Source: Eledone cirrhosa | Taxonomy: Eukaryota | Direction: 5' to 3' | Length of the DNA stretch: 64,000 nt | Assembly (NCBI GenBank): GCA_964016885.1 | Contig: OZ024742.1 | Span: forward strand, 287,494,001 to 287,558,000 | The notes under the pieces: model-generated | The model's database searches: none | What the model saw: only the letters and a program-made list of their open reading frames with translations | Told to the model about the DNA's origin: nothing | Shown: piece by piece, positions 51,596 to 64,000 of the stretch | Layout: each line of letters begins with the position of its first letter | How positions within the stretch are numbered: position 1 is the stretch's first letter | Program-made: the position numbers and the translations under genes

Positions 51596-52011
51596 CACGC
51601 ACGCGCGCGCACATACGTAGTCGCTCATGTATATATATAGAAAGTATACACACATTAAGGCGTTCAGCCATATTGATACAGGGTGTAAAAAACTTGTGGA
51701 TAAGTAAGTACAAATATAAAATTGTAAGATTGGCTGCGCAAAAATAAAAAAATAAAAATAAAAATGAAAAATATATCTGAATTGGAAAACACAAATGACA
51801 AGTGTGATCAGTTAGTGAAGGAAAAAAGGAAGTAAAAAAAGGGGAAGTAAAAAATGGAAAGTGAATCGGAGAATAAAGGGGGGGGGGGTTATTGGTGGAT
51901 GTGAAGTAAAAATAAAAAAAAAAATAAGAATAAAAATAAATGAAATTATTGACAAGGATAAAAATGAAAGTAAGTCAGAAAGGGTAATTAAAAAGAGAGA
52001 ATAATAAGAGT

Positions 52012-52425
52012 TTATGGAGGATAAGTATCTGAAAGTGTGTTAAGTTTATATGAGCTGGAAAGCAGGTGTGATTTCATGTGTGGGCAACTGGTGAAAATTT
52101 CCGTCTTTGTGTTCAGGCAGGTCTTTGGTGATTTTAGATTTTGCAATATCCAATATTTTTCATTTATGCAGAGCGTGCATTTTCTTGTTCCTCTAGCATA
52201 TTTTTTAGATTGGTTCAAAATTGACCAATCTAATTTATATTGGATGCCTTGGTCTTTCAAATCCCAAATTCTGCTAGCCAGAGCTGTTGTAAATCTTTTT
52301 TCTGGATGTCGAAAAGATGCGACATGTGAGTAATAACGCGTTTTGAATTTGTCTTGCGTCATACCCACATATCGTTCACTGGTGGCTGGATGGTTGTTGC
52401 TGATGGTTGTCACTTTAGCCGCATA
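52012..52425 (-). pseudogene. GIY-YIG endonuclease C-terminal fragment of PLE family B
   Basis: IYAAKV...YVGMTQDKFKTRYYSH..SFR....T.LAS.IWDLK..CTLCINEK..LN...CPH, homologous to but diverged from the 49051 ORF. Confidence 0.9.
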
Positions 52426-52532
52426 TATCCACAAGTTTTTTACACCCTGTATCAATATGGCTGAACGCCTTAATGTGTGTATACTTTCTATATATATACA
52501 TGAGCGACTACGTATGTGCGCGCGCGTGCGTG

Positions 52533-52603
<71 letters not shown>

Positions 52604-53353
52604 ATATATGTGTGTGTGTGTGTATGTATATATTATGCGTATGTGTATGTGTCTTTATATCCGTGTTTTGACATCTAGGTTTTATGTTTTGTTACTTTTT
52701 TCTTCCCCCCCCTTTTTACTTACTCATTTTTATGCGTGTGCATGCAAACAGGTCAATATGCGTGAGTGTAAGTATGTGTGTGTGTGTATGTGTGTATGTA
52801 TGTACTGAACGTATGGATGTGTAAGTGTGCATGTGTATATAAGGATGTATATTTTTTCGTTTCTTTTGTGAGATATGCGTGTCTGTGTATGTATGTACCC
52901 CCATTTTTGTCTTCTTTTCTTTAATATATTTTTCTTTCTAATTTATTGTTACATTTTTATAAATATATCGAGATTGATACTTTCCTTTAATTATTACACT
53001 CCCTTACCTCTTTTACTTCCGCATCTAAGCGTACGTGTATGTAGGTGTGTTTATGCGCGCGCCTTCATATTCATATTCTTATGATGTATCTATTCTGTCT
53101 GTAGATTACAGACATACAGATACATTTGCCCTAAATTTTATATTTACGCACACTTTTTCACTATACGTATACACATGTGCATACACATATATGCACATCT
53201 GTGAGCGTATATACATACATATACACACACCTAACTATATTTCTTGATAGATTTTTATATATTTCAATTTCTAATTCATTTGTCTATATCCTTTTTTTTT
53301 TTTTTTTTTTGATTTTCTTGATGAGACTTTCCAAGTATTTACCCATGTTTTAT

Positions 53354-53431
53354 ATTGCCTCGTCTGACGAACGAATGAAGACGTTTCTTTCGTATTCGCC
53401 TCATTCGGGAAACCTCTGGTAATGAGGTAAT
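53354..53431 (+). ncRNA. Type I hammerhead ribozyme in PLE pLTR
   Basis: ATTGCCTCGT-CTGACGA-a-CGAATGA...TCATTCG-g-GAAA-CC-tct-GG-TA-ATGAGGTAAT, with a 10-bp stem I. Confidence 0.85.
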
Positions 53432-53623
53432 TATATTGTATTGATTTTTATACATTATATATATATATATACTAATTTAAGTTATCATAACATGTATGAA
53501 GATTATGTTTCTCAGTAGAAAAACTCTGGATATTTGCCCAGAGCATCGATAATTGATTACTTAGATCGATTTTAGTCTCGGTTTACGAACTTTGAAACGT
53601 TACCGTAAAGAAAATAAGAACTT

Positions 53624-53658
<35 letters not shown>

Positions 53659-53659
53659 A

Positions 53660-53696
53660 AGCATATGTTGGAATTAGGACTTCTGTTTTCAATGAG

Positions 53697-53732
<36 letters not shown>

Positions 53733-53840
53733 CTCATTGAAAGAATATATTGGAATTAGGGCTTCTTTTTTCAATGAGCTGTGTATATATATATATATAC
53801 AGCTCATTGAAAACAGAAGCCCTAATTCCAATATATTCTT
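53660..53840. repeat. Short inverted/direct repeat cluster around (TA)n
   Basis: TTGGAATTAGG(A/G)CTTCT.TTTTCAATGAGCTG occurs twice forward, and CAGCTCATTGAAA twice as the reverse complement. Confidence 0.8.
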
Positions 53841-54034
53841 TTTAATGTTGCACAATTACATTTGTCTCTATCTCGCCTTTTCAGTTGCAACACATTGGCT
53901 TGTAGCAAATGTTATCTTATTTGTAAATAATCGAAAGACCAAACGTTTTCCCTTGTGTCCATTTGCTACTGTCTCATATACATTGGAGACAGTTGTATCG
54001 ATCTTAAAGCACTGAAACCAATGAACAACAATAA

Positions 54035-54255
54035 TAATGGTTTCTGATTTAGGCACAAGGCCAACAATTTGGGGGGGGGGATAGAAAAGTCGATTAAATC
54101 GACCCCAATGCATTATTATAATGCTGGTGCATTATTTTATCGATCTCGTAAGGATGAAAGGTAAAGCTAACCTCGGCGGGATTTGAACTCAGATCATAAA
54201 GGGAAGTAACTATGCTAGAAAGCATGGCGTCCAACCCTCTACCGATACTGCCAAT
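54035..54255 (-). mobile_element. SINE family 1
   Basis: Reverse complement of the 56362-56578 type. Confidence 0.85.
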
Positions 54256-54479
54256 TCACAATTAATGATATTAATAATAATAATAATAAAGATAATGGTA
54301 ACAAAAATACAAAAAGTAAAAAAAAAGGCATTTCTAAAAAAACTGATAAATAATCAGGAAGTCAAGTAGCAAAGCGGTAGAATCGGCAGGAAGTAATGAC
54401 GACAATTGAATAGAGACGGATTAAGAAAGAACAAAGAAGCTTTCGGCATAAAACGTCGTCAAGGAAGCGTTTCTATTTA

Positions 54480-54727
54480 TTTCTACACTCTTTCATTCTG
54501 TCTTTTTCTTTCTTTCCATCTCTCTCCCCATCTCTCTCTCTTTCTCCCCCTCTCTCCCTCCCCCTCTGTCTCTCCTTCAATCTCTCTCCCTTGCTCTTCC
54601 TGATGCCCTTTCTCTCTCTCTCTTCCTCTCTCTCACTCTCTCTTTCTCCCTCTCTCTCTCCCTTTCTCTCCCCTCTCCCTTTCTCCCCCTCTCTCTTTCT
54701 CCTCTTCCTGGTGTCTTTCTCTCTCTC

Positions 54728-54775
<48 letters not shown>

Positions 54776-55020
54776 CCCCCTCTTCTTGGTGTTCTTTTCT
54801 TTCCACCTCTTTCTCCCCTCCTCTCCTCCTCTCTCCCTCTCTCTCCCCTCTCTTCCAGAAGACTTTTTCTTTCCATCTCTCCCCCCTCTCTCCCCCTCTT
54901 CCTGGTGTCTTTTTCTTTCCATCTCTCCCCCTCTCCCCCCTCTTTCTGGTGTATTTTTCTTTCCATCTCCACCCTCTCTCTCTCCCTCTTCCTGGTGTCC
55001 TTTTCACCTCCCCTATATTT
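54480..55020. repeat. Polypyrimidine/(CT)-rich tract
   Basis: Direct reading. Confidence 0.9.
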
Positions 55021-55158
55021 TTATCTTCTTGAGTCCTTTATTTGTTTGTTTCTTTCTTTCTTTATCTTCCCTCGAAAGAAAAAAACAGGATTATAGTCTC
55101 CGTTGTTCGTGCTTTGCAGCTTTGTCACACACAAGGTGTGTTTCTGTTTTCATCTATG

Positions 55159-55193
<35 letters not shown>

Positions 55194-55264
55194 ACATCCA
55201 CACACACATATATGCATATATATATATATATATTACACACACACACATAAATATATATATATAC

Positions 55265-55380
<116 letters not shown>

Positions 55381-55809
55381 TTCAACCTACGCATCTATCT
55401 CCTACCGACCTGTTTCTATATAAATCATGTTTGATATAACATCAAAACTAAACTCAAAATTATGATCGAACCAACTGCAGAATCATTGCCACAGTTTTAA
55501 ACAATATTTAAGTTCCATCTATAAATTATACAAGTGACGAGAGGGTATTCTATGCTCAACCGTGACACGAGAATTCAAATAGGAGGTAAGTCAAACGCGG
55601 AACGTGTGAACCTTGTATTTGTGTATGTTTGAAGGTTCCTAGTATAAATGGTTAGTAAGTTGGCGGCAAAATCATAATGTATGTGTGTGTATATATATAT
55701 TATTTAATATAGAAATAGCTTCCACATGACAAGGTGCGAACTCCACTGCAACAGTCTTATCTAACAAACCGCATACACACGCACGCACGCACACGCACGC
55801 ACACGCACG

Positions 55810-55944
<135 letters not shown>

Positions 55945-56022
55945 TCTTCTATGTACTGAGTACCTTACTAACTGTGGTTAACCCCGATAAAAAGCATTTT
56001 CGTATCAAACTTCGTATCAAAC

Positions 56023-56058
<36 letters not shown>

Positions 56059-56142
56059 GGGTAATATTAAATATTATCATATTACAGCTATGATAATAGC
56101 TCAATGTAAAATAACTAGTATATTACAGAGCCGAAATACTTT

Positions 56143-57503
56143 ATAAATAACAATCAAAGAGTGTTTAAAACATTTAATCACTTACGATTGTTTCATCCTA
56201 GCACAAGGCCGACTTCATCGGACTAGATAATAAAGGTTAAAACACAAATATAATATCAGAAGTTTGTCATAAAAACATTAGGAGGATACATAATATGCTG
56301 CTATAGAAAGGTTAAGTATAGTGCAAGACATATATCATAATTATTAAATAAACAAGGGTTATGGATTGGCAGTATCGGTAGAGAGTCGGACACCATGCTT
56401 TGCAGCATAGAGTTACGGCCCTTTATAATCTGAGTTCAAATCCCGCCGAGGTTAAATTTGCCTTTCATCCTTACGGGGTCGATAAAATAAAGTACCAGTC
56501 ACGCACTGGGGTCGATTTAATCGACTTTTCCCTCCCCCAAAATTGCTGGCCTTGTGCCTCTATAAGAAACCATAATTATTAAATAGACATGTTTCATAAG
56601 CATTATAAAATATATTTTTAATAATCGATATAAAAAGATCGACTACGTAATTCAGTCATAAAAATATACTATTATTTTTCAAATAATGCACTGGGATAAT
56701 TGCTGGCCTTGTGCCAAAAGTAGAAACAATTATTTTTCAAATCATTCAAAATAAAGATCAAATATAGGTTGAAGTGTTATTATTATTAATCAAACCATTC
56801 AAAAGAATTAATGTTGAGTAAAAAAAGAATTAATGTTGAGTAAATATAATCAGTAAAGTAAAAATCCAATATAGATGTAAGTATTATCAACGGAAAAACA
56901 CCACGTATTTGAATAGAGGGGAGAAAGTCATGCATGCTTAAGCATAAATAACTCCATCTTAACATAGAGTTTATTTTGCTAAGTATACTTATTCGAGATT
57001 ATTACCTATGAACGTTTTATATATATTATTAAAAATATCTTTTGGAGATGTATTTTTATATTTTAAAATTTATTTTTGAACTGCACACGTGCTCTTATTA
57101 ACTTTATAAACCTTTGTAATGCTTATGATATATGTTTATTTACTAATTAGGATATATGTCTTGCACTATACTTAACCTTTCTATAGCATCATGTTTCTCT
57201 ATAGTAGCATGTTTTTTGTTTGTTTTTTTAATGCTTTTAGCGGTCCTAATTTTATTTTATTGCATTTATATGCTCATATTTTCCATATGCTTCTTCCGCC
57301 TTTGCTATCTTTTCTTATATAAATGTTGATACTTATGCTTATGCCCCATATTATGTATCCTCCTAATGTTCTTATGACAAACTTCTGATATTGTATTTGT
57401 GTTTTAACCTTTATTATATACTCCGAATACGTCGGCCTAGTGCTAGGATGAAACGATCGTAAGTGATTAAATGTTTTAAACACTCTTTGATTGTTATTTG
57501 TAA
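56143..57503. mobile_element. Decayed PLE-type element with inverted arms, each bearing a degenerate HHR
   Basis: 56143-56350 is inverted to 57130-57190 plus 57345-57503. HHR relics lie at 56180-56224(-) and 57420-57464(+) with GAAAC-GATC-GTA. A SINE is nested inside. Confidence 0.7.
56362..56578 (+). mobile_element. SINE family 1, near complete
   Basis: TGGCAGTATCGG head, GAGTTCAAATCCC B box and CCTTTCATCCTTACGGGGTCGATAAAATAAAGTACCAG body. Confidence 0.88.
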
Positions 57504-57860
57504 ATTATATATATAATAAAATAACGAAGATCGTACTCCGGTCAGCGTCTAGCTCACTCATTGAATCTGCCGAATTGCAGTAATGCAGCTGCAATCAGCT
57601 GTTCAGAGTGCACACTTTTAGTTAATAGCAGATACGGTGGGTGTGTTTTGGTAGAGATACAAGTAAATATCTCAACTCCTGGAGGATATCGTTTCTATGT
57701 AATATAACTTCACAAATGCAGATATTACATCCACAATGTTCAGAAAACCACGCAATATCAGTGGATATTTACTTAATCGGGCTATTACACGTCTTCAGTA
57801 GGTGGCCCAAGTCACATGATAGGTCCATGCAGTGTGTATTAGCCATTACTACTGGATACG

Positions 57861-57896
<36 letters not shown>

Positions 57897-57908
57897 TTAT
57901 CTATCTAT

Positions 57909-60540
57909 GGTAGATAGTGTAGAAGAGGCAATTAGAAGTGGCAACGTAGCCAGCGTGCTAGCAACGAGAACGGCCATGGACCAGTTCTTCGACGCAAAGC
58001 ACGAGGGCTGCATTGTCAGAAGCAAAATACGTGCTCTGGGAAACGAGGGAGCCAAAGTTGTTAGCTGGGCCTGAGTGACGGAGGCAAAAAGTGGCAACAA
58101 GTCCACGATTCAGTCTTTAAAGGACCAAAACGGACGCGTGATACGTGAGCCGAAGCAGGTGTGTGCGGACTTTCAGCGGCACTTTGCTCAACTGTTCGGG
58201 AAGAGCGGCGCGCCGGGAGGGGCTATGGATTTCGGTCCATACCTCGACGGCCTACCGCGACTCTCGGACAGCGAGACAAAGTTCTGCGAAAAGCCGATTT
58301 CAGCCGCTGAGATAGGGGACGCGCTGAGCCAATGCGGCAAACGCAAATCTCCAGGTCTCGACGGTCTACCCTACGAATTTTACGTAGCAATGCCGGACTT
58401 ATTCTCCGGTCTCCTGGAAGCGGTCTACTGCAACTGGCAACAGAATGGGAGAATTCCCAGTTCTGTAACCGGGGGCGTGGTCACACTAGTCAGGAAGGAC
58501 GAGAATAAGGGGGATGACATAGGCAACTTCCGGCCCATAACTCTGCTAAACACAGAGTTACAGATTTTGGCCAAGGTGTTGGCAAAGAGGCTGGCGCTTG
58601 TCGTGGGTAACCTGGTGGGAGATGCGCAGATGTGCTATCCCGTCCAGGTCCATCCACGACAACCTCCACCTCATGCGATACATCATAGAGAGGGTTGGGA
58701 ACGAACCCGGCTTTGGTGGGGCCCTGATCAACTTGGATCAATCTAAGGCATTCGATAGGGTCGACCATGGTTACCTGGATGCGGTGCTAGCGGCGGCAGG
58801 CTTCGAACCCGTTTTCAGGGGCTGGATCAATGCCATGCACAGCAGCCGCATCTGCTCTCGGAGCCGTTCGAAATCGCGCGGTCCATCCGACAGGGGTGCC
58901 CTCTCTCCTCCCTTCTGTATGTAATGACTCTAGAGCCACTGCTGCGGAAGTTGGAGTTGTTGCAGGGCACCCCTTTGGAACTGGGATTGCGGAAAGCGGT
59001 GTCAGCCTACGCCGATGACGTAACAGTAATGGTGTCGACGGCCTCGGAAATCGGGGCGATCGGCACCTTACTGGAGGAGTACGAAAGGTTTACAGGAACT
59101 AAGCTGAACCGGGACAAGTCGATCGGTCTGCAACTCGGCACGTGGAGGGGCAGATCGATGCCTTCAGATGGCGTCGTCGGATGCTGGACGGAAGGACCGG
59201 TAAAGCTGCTCGGGGTCTGGTTTGGTCCGGACCTCCAGGTGGAGAAGAACTGGAACGAAGTGACGGCCAAGGTGTTTGCACTCACCCAGAAGTGGGCCGA
59301 GTGCAAACTATCCTTGAAAGGTCGAGCGGAGGTGGCGAACACTTTTATAGCGTCCGCCATCTACTACCGCTTGACCGTCGTGCCTTGTCCAGCCAAAACG
59401 CTCTCCAAAATGGAGCGCGCGCTCTTCCAATTCCTTTGGAAGAGGCGGGCTCCTTTGGTGAGAAGATCCATCTGCTGCCAACACCCTTCTAACGGAGGGC
59501 TGGGGATGCTGTGGTTGACGATGCGCAAACACGCGCTCAGGCTGCGGCATCTCTACGTATTCCTCACCGGACAACCGGTGTGGGCCCCGTTCATGAGGCG
59601 AGCCTTCCCACGACTTGTCTCGCTGACCGAGCTGCAGTCCTGGGTCAAGCAAAGACCGAGGAAAATGGGCGACTGACACATCGAATGTGCTCAGGCGCTC
59701 ACAGCCCTCTGGCAGGCGGACCCGGCGATCAGCGGAGACTCAACTTCGTCATTCTATAGAGTGTTGATCCGCAGCAAGTGCGACGACGCGCTCGGTGAAT
59801 CTCTAGGCGTAGACGAAGATGAACTGGCCTGTCTGTTCGGTAGGACCTTCCGCCCGGGACCGATGGACAACTTCCAAAAGATCTGTCCGAGGTGCGTGCG
59901 TAACGAAGAAACCGTCGCGCACGCATTAATACACTGCCCGGGCGTCACTGACCTGTGGGGCTATGTAGAACGACTATTGTCGCGGGTGGGACCAATCCGG
60001 TTGACCACCGAGTCCATTGTCATGATCAAACCGCCACCCTCCTTCAAAAACGAAGGAGAGGCGGTTTTCCTTTGTGTGATAGCTATGGCGAAAGAGGTTG
60101 TATGGTGGACAAGGTTGAAAGGGCTGAGGTCAGACACCTTTCTCTCCGGCCAACAACTGATTCTTTTTTTCAAATACCACTTTTGAAGAAGAATCAGGAT
60201 GGAGAGAGAGGTGCTGTACCCCAGCAAGTTTTATGAAAGGTGGGTGAAAGTGGCGAGAATGGCCCGAGTGAATGGGCCTTCTCTCTATATCAGCCTGTAG
60301 GCTGAGGAAAAAGAGGAGGAGAGGAAAGGAGTACAAACTCTTCGTACTCCTGGAGATGAGGGTTGCACATTTTTTTTCGGGGGTATGTGTTACTCATATG
60401 AACTGTCTCCTCCTATTAGGGAAAATCGACTAATTTTTAAATTACATTTGTGATAATAATTTACACGTTTTTATTGTATGTAAACTTCCCCCTTTGTATT
60501 TGTCCCCTTCTTTTGTGCCCCTGTGGCTAATAAAGAAACA
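57909..60540 (+). mobile_element. 5'-truncated copy of the Tx1-like element
   Basis: Highly similar to 36304-39050 in reverse (KSPGLDGLPYEFY, YADD). Flanked by (TATC)n and ends AATAAAGAAA. Confidence 0.93.
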
Positions 60541-60553
60541 TATCTATCTTTCT

Positions 60554-60613
<60 letters not shown>

Positions 60614-60744
60614 CGTATTATATTCGTTTTTTCCCGTTCTTTGCCATGGAATGTTTCCACGAACCAAAGTATCGTCTTCCTGTCTTCCTCCGGTTGCAAC
60701 GTTTTTTGAAATATTCACTTCTGCGTTCACAGATTGACTTTGTC

Positions 60745-60795
60745 AGTTTAAGAAGATCCCGTTAAGGGTGAAAGCAGCGATTCTTTGCTTAAACT
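60745..60795 (+). ncRNA. Hammerhead-fold motif, core AAGAAGA (degenerate paralog of 44146-44196)
   Basis: Stems are identical to the 44.1-kb copy. About 130 bp of homologous context, inside (TA)n. Confidence 0.45.
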
Positions 60796-60837
60796 TTAAT
60801 CTGTTATTTAAATAAATATATATATATATATTTATTA

Positions 60838-60971
<134 letters not shown>

Positions 60972-61106
60972 GGGTAGACCAAAAGCGTTCATAAGCCCAT
61001 CGGGTGGCTTGTGCCCGTAATTTATATATATATATATATATATATATACGGGATAACAAATTATTGTTATAGGTAGTCCACTTATATATATATATTTATA
61101 TATATG

Positions 61107-61139
<33 letters not shown>

Positions 61140-61352
61140 AAATTACAGGCACAAGCCATCCGACGTGCTTATAAACGCTTTCGGTCTCCCAATTCATTCA
61201 CAGGGTATGGGTCGACCAATAGGTATGATAAATAACAAAAGATACAGCATAGTGGCAATGATTGCGAAGCGAACTTCTCAATCATTCGGTCGTGCTGCAT
61301 TTATATTATATATATTTATATTTTCTATAATGCATTTAAAGATTTATGGCTT

Positions 61353-61435
<83 letters not shown>

Positions 61436-61847
61436 GCATGTGTGTGTGTGAGAGTGTGTATACAATATTTTTATTTTTGTGTATATATACACAAAAAAAT
61501 AATGTGTGTATGTGGTGTATGTGTGTGTGTAAATAAGAAGTTAATATTGTGAGTGTGCAGATTATATTTTTATATCTGTGAATATAAATATATACATACA
61601 CACACACAGACATGTGTGTGTGTATGTATATAATAAATGATATGATATGATATACGCAGAAATGTGTGTGTGTGCATAATATCATTATATCGTTATATCG
61701 AGTCTGAACGAAGAAACGTTTTTGATCAAAGCAAGTGACAAGTGTTGTTTTCTTTTATCCTTATTACTCATACAGACATAAATGAATGCGGACAGCACAC
61801 ATCTATAGACCTATAATGTTCACACCCAGAGAAAGAAAGACTCACAC

Positions 61848-63090
<1,243 letters not shown>

Positions 63091-63420
63091 ATACAAGGAA
63101 GAAGTACATCAACAGATGTAAGTATTAGGCAAAGATAATGAGGTATAAATGTTTTAATAGTAATGCAAAACAATAAAAGATCTGTGAACTTCCTGCTTCA
63201 TAGTTTCACGTCTCTCCTTTTCTTCTAACTCTCACTATATGTTGTCATAACTATACGTACGCACATATACCTATGTATTTGCGTATATACATATATACAT
63301 GCACACACACACACGGGCGCATATATTCATAAAAAATGTGTATATGTGTGTTTAATAGCATGTATATATATATATATATATATATGCATGCATAAATATA
63401 TGCACACATACATGCGAGTG

Positions 63421-63573
<153 letters not shown>

Positions 63574-63740
63574 GTGTGTGTATTATATATTATATATATA
63601 CATGCATATCCACAAAGATAGATAGAAAGATAACAGACATTTAGATGGATCAAAGATAGATAGATGAATATATCTACGTCTATATTTTCGTCAATACTTC
63701 CGCACTTGAAGTAAAAATGGCCATGTGTGTGCATTTGTGC

Positions 63741-63790
<50 letters not shown>

Positions 63791-63792
63791 TG

Positions 63793-63860
<68 letters not shown>

Positions 63861-64000
63861 TTTGTGTGTGTGTGTGTGTGTACGAGTACGTGTACGTGTA
63901 TATGTAAGCAATCCTGCATATGCAATGTGTATAAGTATTGTTAACACGTATCAGAAAATAGATTTTAAAAAAGATATGTAAAAAGACGGAAATCGTACGC

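Larger units (their letters stand above)
51133..53460. mobile_element. Second PLE family: 3' GIY-YIG fragment with inverted pLTR arms
   Basis: 51133-51702 is the reverse complement of 52426-53028. The spacer holds the 3' UTR and a GIY-YIG fragment. Confidence 0.88.

Overview
Eukaryotic, repeat-dense, AT-rich genomic DNA with no confidently identifiable host gene. The tRNA-derived SINE families and the very high density of (TA)n/(CA)n/(TATG)n microsatellites suggest an octopod cephalopod (inference). Most ORFs in the track are microsatellite translations. Real coding remnants are all transposable elements: a decayed RTE LINE with three C-terminal C2H2 fingers (5.8-7.7 kb), an LTR-less Gypsy pol (7.7-10.7 kb), a mariner relic (20.6-21.7 kb), and a full-length Tx1/L1-like element with a 15-bp TSD (36.3-42.2 kb) plus two shorter copies. 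There are also CRE-clade endonuclease fragments and Penelope-like elements (PLEs), including an uninterrupted RT+GIY-YIG ORF (49.05-51.1 kb). The most striking hidden signal is about a dozen type-I hammerhead ribozyme (HHR) motifs from several unrelated sequence families. They lie in short non-coding elements with direct or inverted terminal repeats inserted into TA/CA microsatellites, a probable PLE-mobilised, retrozyme-like system. Also notable are a bipartite RTE-derived non-autonomous element sharing a 3' hairpin with its LINE partner, and apparent partitioning of microsatellite types among retroelement families.
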